Positions 58,034 through 64,000 of a stretch of 64,000 nt of DNA are shown here, in pieces. The stretch's first letter is position 1. Each line of letters opens with the position of its first letter. A program made the position numbers and the translations under genes. Origin of the DNA: a virus. The stretch lies in the IMG/VR virus record IMGVR_UViG_3300050147_000032; one strand, 5' to 3'. A model generated the notes under the pieces. The model worked only from the letters and a program-made list of their open reading frames with translations. It was not told the origin of the DNA and made no database searches.

Positions 58034-58564
58034 ATGATTCAACTCAAGACTCAACAAGAACTTATCGATTTCTTGACAAACTTCAAGTCCACAAAGACTG
58101 CAACTATTGTTTCGAAGACTTCTTTGAAGATGAACAAGAAGGATATCGCAACAAAGACGATCAAGAATCCTTATGAAAATATCTCGAAGGTTGCTCTGTT
58201 CGAAGCAGAAGTCAACTTCAATTACGAAGACAAGGTAAACGATGCTCTGCTTATGGAAGGCAAGCCACAAGAATTCGAAGCACAAGCTTCTAAGTGGGGA
58301 GAATATGTTTCGAAGTCTCTGACAAAGAAGGATGATACATATTACATCAAGCTCATTCCTCAGAAGTCTCTAACCAAGACGACATACGAAAACGAAGCTG
58401 GTGCAAGCATTGACTATGAAGAACTGAAGCCGTACACGCCTCAACCAAGTGGTACTGCTAGCGCAAATCAAAATCTGGAGAAGGCTGTTCCTTTCCGCAC
58501 TTTCAAGCTGGAATCGATCATTCACTTCAAGATTCCAGATGTTGTTGAATACACTCAGGAGTAA
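58034..58564 (+). CDS. Hypothetical protein
   Basis: 176-aa ORF with AAGGA RBS. Confidence 0.7.
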   Translation: MIQLKTQQELIDFLTNFKSTKTATIVSKTSLKMNKKDIATKTIKNPYENISKVALFEAEVNFNYEDKVNDALLMEGKPQEFEAQASKWGEYVSKSLTKKDDTYYIKLIPQKSLTKTTYENEAGASIDYEELKPYTPQPSGTASANQNLEKAVPFRTFKLESIIHFKIPDVVEYTQE

Positions 58565-58927
58565 GAAAATGTCAAACGACAAGAAAGAAACATTCGAAGA
58601 AACTGCTGGTATTCAAAATGAACTGATGACTTTTTGCGCAACAGGACAAGATACAGAATCAAAGCTTCTCTTTCGTGCTGCTGTTGAACTGATTACTCTT
58701 CGTTTGGCTTTGGAACAGACACAAGAATATGCATTGAATACGATTCCTTCTTTGACTATTGATTCCGATCGTTGGAAGAAAGTTGAATCAATCATTTCTG
58801 CGGAAACTATGTCTGGTGGAACTCAGCGATTTGTGTTCAATATGTTGCATCCAATTCCTGATACAGATATTATGCGAGGTTCTGTTTCGGAACATTTTCG
58901 TAATGCTGTTGATTCTTATCAGATTCG

Positions 58928-59701
58928 ATGATATCAAGTCCATTACCATCTTTTGATGATATGTATAAGAATGTATCATCAAAACTAACATATCCAGCAA
59001 CTAAGATATCAATTCCATCTTTGCCAATTCTTCCATCTCCGATGATTCCAGGATTTAAGATTCCAAATTTTGAAATCGTACATTTTGTGTCCGAGTTACA
59101 AAGTCTACAAATACTGACAACATCATTGGCTATGATCTTTCCACTGGCTTCGTTTCTGAATCAAAACATCAATTCGATTATCCCAAAAATATCAGGATCT
59201 TCGATTGGTTTAGTAGAACTATTGAACGGAAATCCAGCAAGTTTAAAATCTTTGGCCATACAAAATAGTTCGATTCCATATGTTCCTAATCAACTATACC
59301 AGAGCTTGAAAATTCCAGAGATCGATATTCTGCAAAAAATGTCAATTGCTGTCAAAGGATATCTTATCTTGATTCCTTCTTTGATTTTTAGTCTGATCAG
59401 TCAAGTCACATCAAATCTACATATTTCAAACATACAAAGTCCACCTACAATCCCAGATCAAACTACGATCATGAATGCTGTAAAGAACAAAAGTCAACTT
59501 TCAGGATTCCCAGGTATGCCAACATTTCCAACAAATTTATTTCCTTCTTTTGCTATGCCAGAGATAGAACTCATAGAAATGTATGGTATCGTTATGAACT
59601 ATCTGACAACATATTGTTTAGGGCTTCTGATGACATTTTGCACTGGTGCGCTCAGTCATTACATTGGATTTTCTTTTCCAATTCTTCCAATAAAAATCTA
59701 A
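58928..59701 (+). CDS. Pro/Ser/Ile-rich hypothetical protein
   Basis: 257-aa ORF with low-complexity P-x-x-P repeats. Confidence 0.6.
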   Translation: MISSPLPSFDDMYKNVSSKLTYPATKISIPSLPILPSPMIPGFKIPNFEIVHFVSELQSLQILTTSLAMIFPLASFLNQNINSIIPKISGSSIGLVELLNGNPASLKSLAIQNSSIPYVPNQLYQSLKIPEIDILQKMSIAVKGYLILIPSLIFSLISQVTSNLHISNIQSPPTIPDQTTIMNAVKNKSQLSGFPGMPTFPTNLFPSFAMPEIELIEMYGIVMNYLTTYCLGLLMTFCTGALSHYIGFSFPILPIKI

Positions 59702-59703
59702 AA

Positions 59704-61002
59704 ATGAATCAAATTAAACGCATTGGAATTCTTGTTCTAGGCAGACATATTTCTAGTCTAGGTGGGATTGGATTCTATATCGATTCTTTCATTGCTGCAT
59801 CAAAAGGTCGTTACATATGCGATATCATAGTCGATCGACCAATCAAGAAGACAGACATCCCATTTCAAAATATCAAAGCCTGCGATATCATATGCTCGAA
59901 TGAATCTGTTTCGTACGGGAAATCTTCGGAATTCTTCATGTTCTATGGTGAGAAATCATTCTTTGAGCTAGGTATCAACATTATTGCTTCGATCAAAGAA
60001 GCATATAAGACTAGAATTTATGATTGTCTCTTTGTAAACAGCCATGAGATCGGAACTTACATGGCGCATGTCGGTTTCAATGATTTTGTTCCGACTGTTG
60101 CATATACACATCATAACATATTTTATCGAGGATATCCAGAAAGCATCGATGAATGTGGAGCAATCAATCTTGGTCTTCTAGAATTGCCTCATATCACCCA
60201 AGCGCCAGGAAAAAGATTTGACTTTATCAAGGAACTGTATCATGTTCCGATGGTAACATCTGAATACGATCTATTCGTAAAGACATATCCTAAGCCAGAA
60301 CCGAACACTGTATTCTACAATGGAACATTTCGAGACATCAAGCGTCCCAAAGATTTCTTAGAGCTTTGCATCAAGTTCAAGAAGAAAGGGTTGATCATTA
60401 CAAACAGCAAAGGCAAGGATTTCTTCGAAAAAGAATTCGCAAAAGCTGGTCTAGAATGTGAAATTAGAACTAGCATTTTTGGTCAAGAGAAGGTAGACTT
60501 TATATCAAGAGGCGAAGTGATGTTTCATCCTGCAAAGAACGAAATGATGAGTCTAGCTGTTCTTGAAGCATTGTTCTTTATGCCGGTCTTCGTGTATCAA
60601 GAGAATTGGGTTGATATGTGTCCACCCGGAATACTTACTGTTTTGGATAACATGGATCACTTTGAGTTCAGAAAACCAGAAGTGATGGATCGACGAGCAT
60701 GGGTTACATCATATTTTGATCCAGAATGGAATATGAAATTGTTCGACGATGTGCTGCTTGATTTAGATCGATTGACACCAAAAACAACATCTTCAACTTT
60801 GCAAGATGTTCAGACAGAAATTGAAAATTTTGGTGGAGTTTCTGTTGAAAATTATTGGGGAAAAATCAAGAACAGATCAAGCATTACGCTGGCTGATCTT
60901 GTTACGTTCTATAAAATTTCAAAGAATGTGAAAGTTACACATACCGAACACGAATCATTCTTTGGAGATCAAGTCAAAACAGGATTGGATTCTTTATTTT
61001 GA
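59704..61002 (+). CDS. Glycosyltransferase (GT-B), possibly DNA-modifying
   Basis: YNGTFRDIKRP, FHPAKNEMMSLAVLEAL. Confidence 0.7.
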   Translation: MNQIKRIGILVLGRHISSLGGIGFYIDSFIAASKGRYICDIIVDRPIKKTDIPFQNIKACDIICSNESVSYGKSSEFFMFYGEKSFFELGINIIASIKEAYKTRIYDCLFVNSHEIGTYMAHVGFNDFVPTVAYTHHNIFYRGYPESIDECGAINLGLLELPHITQAPGKRFDFIKELYHVPMVTSEYDLFVKTYPKPEPNTVFYNGTFRDIKRPKDFLELCIKFKKKGLIITNSKGKDFFEKEFAKAGLECEIRTSIFGQEKVDFISRGEVMFHPAKNEMMSLAVLEALFFMPVFVYQENWVDMCPPGILTVLDNMDHFEFRKPEVMDRRAWVTSYFDPEWNMKLFDDVLLDLDRLTPKTTSSTLQDVQTEIENFGGVSVENYWGKIKNRSSITLADLVTFYKISKNVKVTHTEHESFFGDQVKTGLDSLF

Positions 61003-61148
61003 TGGATATCTGCTAGAGTCATTCAAATAAATCATACAAAGACAAAGGGTCTTTCATTAGATTTCTTTGTCTTTTCTTTCATCTAATGTATAATCACTTT
61101 ATTGGTTAGGTTGTTAAACATTTTAATTTTGATATTGAAGGATACGAT

Positions 61149-62174
61149 ATGCGCCAACAAACTCTTTCCCAGATGATTACTTTGATCGCAGCTCTGCGTG
61201 ATATGTTCAAGAAGGATGTTGTTACTACCATCGAAGTACAGAGCTTCCGTGGCAATCGCCCAGATGTATATATCCCTAACGCGTTCTGGCATATTTGCCG
61301 CGCAGAACGTGGCACAGCAGATATGAAGAAGTTTGACTCGTTCTTGAAGGCAAATGGACAAGCGATCGAATCGTCTGTTACTGATGTTCAGATCGCAGTC
61401 GAAGAAATCATCAAGATTGAAGAAACAGATGAAGAAATCGAAGCTCGTATCAATCTGCGATTTGATGTGATGGACATGATGGCACGTGCTGCAGTCCAAG
61501 GCGATTGCCGTTCGATGATTGTGTCTGGTTCTGCTGGCATTGGTAAGTCGTTTACTGTGTTGTCTTCTGCATCCGAGTTGCCTGAAGAACGTTGCTCGAT
61601 CCTGAAGGGTAAAATTACTCCAACAGGCTTGTTCCGTACTCTTTGGAAGCATCGTTTTAATAACCATCTGATTGTAATGGACGATGCTGATAGCGTTTTT
61701 GACAACGAGACATCTTTGAACTTCTTGAAGGCTGCTTGTGATTCTTCTGACGAACGGTTCATTACTTGGGCTTCGAATGCTCAGCAAATTGACGAAGACG
61801 GTGATGAAATTCCAACTACATTTGAATTCCGTGGTGCTTTGGTGTTCATCACCAATAAGGATTTCAAGGCAGAAATTGCTCGCGAAACTCGTTTGTCTGT
61901 TCACTTTGAAGCAATGATTAGCCGTTCGCATTACATCGATTTGGCTATCAAGACTGAACGCGAATACATGGTGCGTATTCGTTCTGTTGTCTACAAGTCT
62001 GGTATGCTTGATGAATATGGTGATCGTATGCGCGATGAAATTGTCCAGTTCATCGACATGAACAAGACTTCTATGTCCGAACTGAGCCTGCGTATTGTGA
62101 AGAAGATTGCAGACCTGACCCGTATCTCTCCTGACAACTGGCGTCAGATTGCTTCTGTAACTTGCATGAAGTAA
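61149..62174 (+). CDS. AAA+ ATPase
   Basis: VSGSAGIGKS, VMDDADSVF, FEFRGALVFITN, SRSH. Confidence 0.85.
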   Translation: MRQQTLSQMITLIAALRDMFKKDVVTTIEVQSFRGNRPDVYIPNAFWHICRAERGTADMKKFDSFLKANGQAIESSVTDVQIAVEEIIKIEETDEEIEARINLRFDVMDMMARAAVQGDCRSMIVSGSAGIGKSFTVLSSASELPEERCSILKGKITPTGLFRTLWKHRFNNHLIVMDDADSVFDNETSLNFLKAACDSSDERFITWASNAQQIDEDGDEIPTTFEFRGALVFITNKDFKAEIARETRLSVHFEAMISRSHYIDLAIKTEREYMVRIRSVVYKSGMLDEYGDRMRDEIVQFIDMNKTSMSELSLRIVKKIADLTRISPDNWRQIASVTCMK

Positions 62175-62642
62175 AGGAGACTTGACGGATATGATTCCGT
62201 CAAGTATAATCAAATTTTTTATAATGAACTGTCAATTATGCAAAAAATTTACAGAGTTGAATGTGAAGAAGGCAAAGGTCCGTTTGTAAGATATAACGAA
62301 GCTTTAAGCGATCATCCAAACTGGAATGAGTTGTATTACAACAATCAAACAACTCATCCAACTCCAAAAAACGACGAACTACTCAAGGCAATTTGGGGAG
62401 AATGTCGAAGAGATAGTTTGAATTCTTGGATCTTCGGATTTGAATCAATGGCAAGTCTAGATCGTTGGTTTGATGTTGATGCACATGTCCATGCTTTGAG
62501 TGTGTCTGGCTTCAGTATTTCTGTCTACGAAGTTGAACATAGATGGTATCATATCGGAGAAAGACAAGTGATTTTTGTCAAAAATTACAGCAGAAAAATT
62601 CAGCAAATCAGTCTTTTGACTTTACTTTCAGAATAAGTTCTC

Positions 62643-62681
62643 GTATAATCCATTTATTGAAACACACTGGAGAACATTATG
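62643..62681 (+). promoter_or_regulatory. Repeated promoter/leader/RBS cassette
   Basis: GTATAATCCATTTATTGAAACACAYTGGAGAACATTATG; near-identical copy at 63009-63047. Confidence 0.8.
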
Positions 62682-63395
62682 GGCTATCGTACTGTTGTTA
62701 TCTTGAGCAATGATCAAATGCATGAATGGGAAAATGATCCAATGCTTGGCACAAAGATTGCTAATGCTTCTGGCAAATTCCTCACATTTCACGATTGTAA
62801 GAATTTCCAATATGGTTCTATCGTAGAAACAGTTCATGCTGATCGTCAAAGTCTTGTTGTTCTGGATTCTTTGTCTTCGGATAAGATTACTTTTGATAAT
62901 TGGTCTCGTTTTGATACCAAGGAAAGCGTTCGCCTGAAGTTGCTCCAACGTGCGGCAGAAGAACTTGGATATAAACTCGTAAAGAATTGACATTTCATCG
63001 AAGTTCTTGTATAATCCATTTATTGAAACACATTGGAGAACATTATGAGCAAGTTTAAAGTTGGAGATCGTGTTCGTGTTGTTAACATCTCTTCTAGCGC
63101 AAGTGCCGCTTTGCAGTCTATGAGAGGGACTGAAGGAGTCATCGAAGCCATTCGATCAGCAGGAGTTTGCACGATCAAAGGTCGAGTCTTCTATGAAGAA
63201 GAACTTCAGTTGATCACAGATGTAAAGACTGAATATTGCATTGCTCTGCATACATCTAATGGTGATGTTCGAACATGTTATCCATTCTCGATGGAAAAAG
63301 AAGTTTTCGACTTGATGAAATTTTATCGAGAATCAGGTAAGAATTTTACTGTAACAATCGAGTGACACTCGATAACAATTGAAAAAGGAAATATC

Positions 63396-64000
63396 ATGAA
63401 TCAGAATGTTGAAAAGTATTTGAAATATGGTCTGGGTGCTGCAGCAATTGGCGTAGGTGGCTTTGCTGCGTTATTCCTTATCAAGAGCATTATTGCGCTG
63501 GCGATTGTTGGTTTTGGTGGGCTTGCCATTGTGAACTTTCTTCCTGTGTTTGCTCAGTGGGCAGCACAAATGAAGATCAAGGCCATCAAGTTCAATTCTT
63601 CTCGAAATCCGGTTGAAGATCTTCAGCTGCTGTATGCAAAGAAGACACAAGAACTCACAAAGTCTGCAGAAGCAATTGCTCAGTTTTCCACTGAAGTGAA
63701 AGATTATCGAGACAAGTTGAATGAATTCAAGCAGCGACGTCCGCAAAAGGCAGTTGAATTCCAAGATACATATGACAAGATGAATCATGTTCTATCTGTT
63801 CGAACTGCAAAGTTGAAGCAAGCAAAGGAAAAGCTTGGTGAGTTCAACCAGATCATTGTCGAGGCGCAAGATATCTGGGATATGACTCAAGCTGCAATGA
63901 AGGCCAATCGAGCAATGAAGAAGTTCGATAACATTGATCCGATGGATGAGATTCGACAGAAGACTGCTCTGGATTCCGTAACATCTTCTTTGAATGAAGT
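63396..64000 (+). CDS. Membrane-anchored coiled-coil protein (possibly PspA-like), truncated by the window end
   Basis: AAGGA RBS, ATG at 63396, two hydrophobic segments then a long heptad-rich region open to 64000. Confidence 0.6.
   Translation, partial: MNQNVEKYLKYGLGAAAIGVGGFAALFLIKSIIALAIVGFGGLAIVNFLPVFAQWAAQMKIKAIKFNSSRNPVEDLQLLYAKKTQELTKSAEAIAQFSTEVKDYRDKLNEFKQRRPQKAVEFQDTYDKMNHVLSVRTAKLKQAKEKLGEFNQIIVEAQDIWDMTQAAMKANRAMKKFDNIDPMDEIRQKTALDSVTSSLNE

Noticed and set aside
61083-62213. 376-aa minus-strand ORF, plus other long antisense ORFs (e.g. 11443-12246, 28223-28801, 49113-49667, 63471-63788)
   Set aside because: They are shadows of well-supported plus-strand genes and show no recognisable motifs.
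1-64000. Genome-wide TAG reassignment suggested by the CUA tRNA
   Set aside because: Long core genes are uninterrupted in the standard code, and TAG terminates gp62 (13324), ORF 19767-20009 and the kinase (43715). Only two codon-4 TAGs were found.

Overview
64 kb of an AT-rich, T4-like large myophage genome. The host is probably proteobacterial, which is an inference and cannot be proven from this window. Core genes present: gp15, gp46, gp47, gp55 (minus strand) and gp44, gp62, regA, gp45, gp43 (plus strand). Other conventional content: a 7-deazaguanine DNA-modification cluster (queE, queD, folE, a TGT/DpdA-like gene, a glycosyltransferase), nucleotide-metabolism genes, a Ter/vWA stress cluster and a Tad1/Acb2-like anti-defence protein. 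The unusual part is a large tRNA and translation-protection arsenal. Its proteins are a CCA-adding enzyme, TilS, Rnl1, a bacterial-type Pnkp plus Hen1 RNA repair pair, a Pth2-like hydrolase and a cyclic-phosphate-processing receiver domain. Its RNAs sit in an island at about 15.2-28.3 kb with roughly 20 tRNA genes and many non-canonical RNAs. These include: (1) a circularly permuted tRNA-Leu(UAG) split in the anticodon loop; (2) a five-copy RNA element (AGGAT..TTCAGCAA-[hairpin]-..ATCCTG) whose variable hairpins look like anticodon stem-loops, with one copy enclosing the permuted tRNA; (3) a mimic of the 23S rRNA L11-binding/GTPase-associated centre; (4) an amber-suppressor tRNA followed by two adjacent genes that each carry TAG as codon 4; (5) a tRNA-Lys-like gene with a 31-nt anticodon-loop insertion; (6) several stem-capped tRNA-like RNAs. 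All structures were paired by eye and no database searches were run, so protein names rest on recognised motifs and novelty is unverified.
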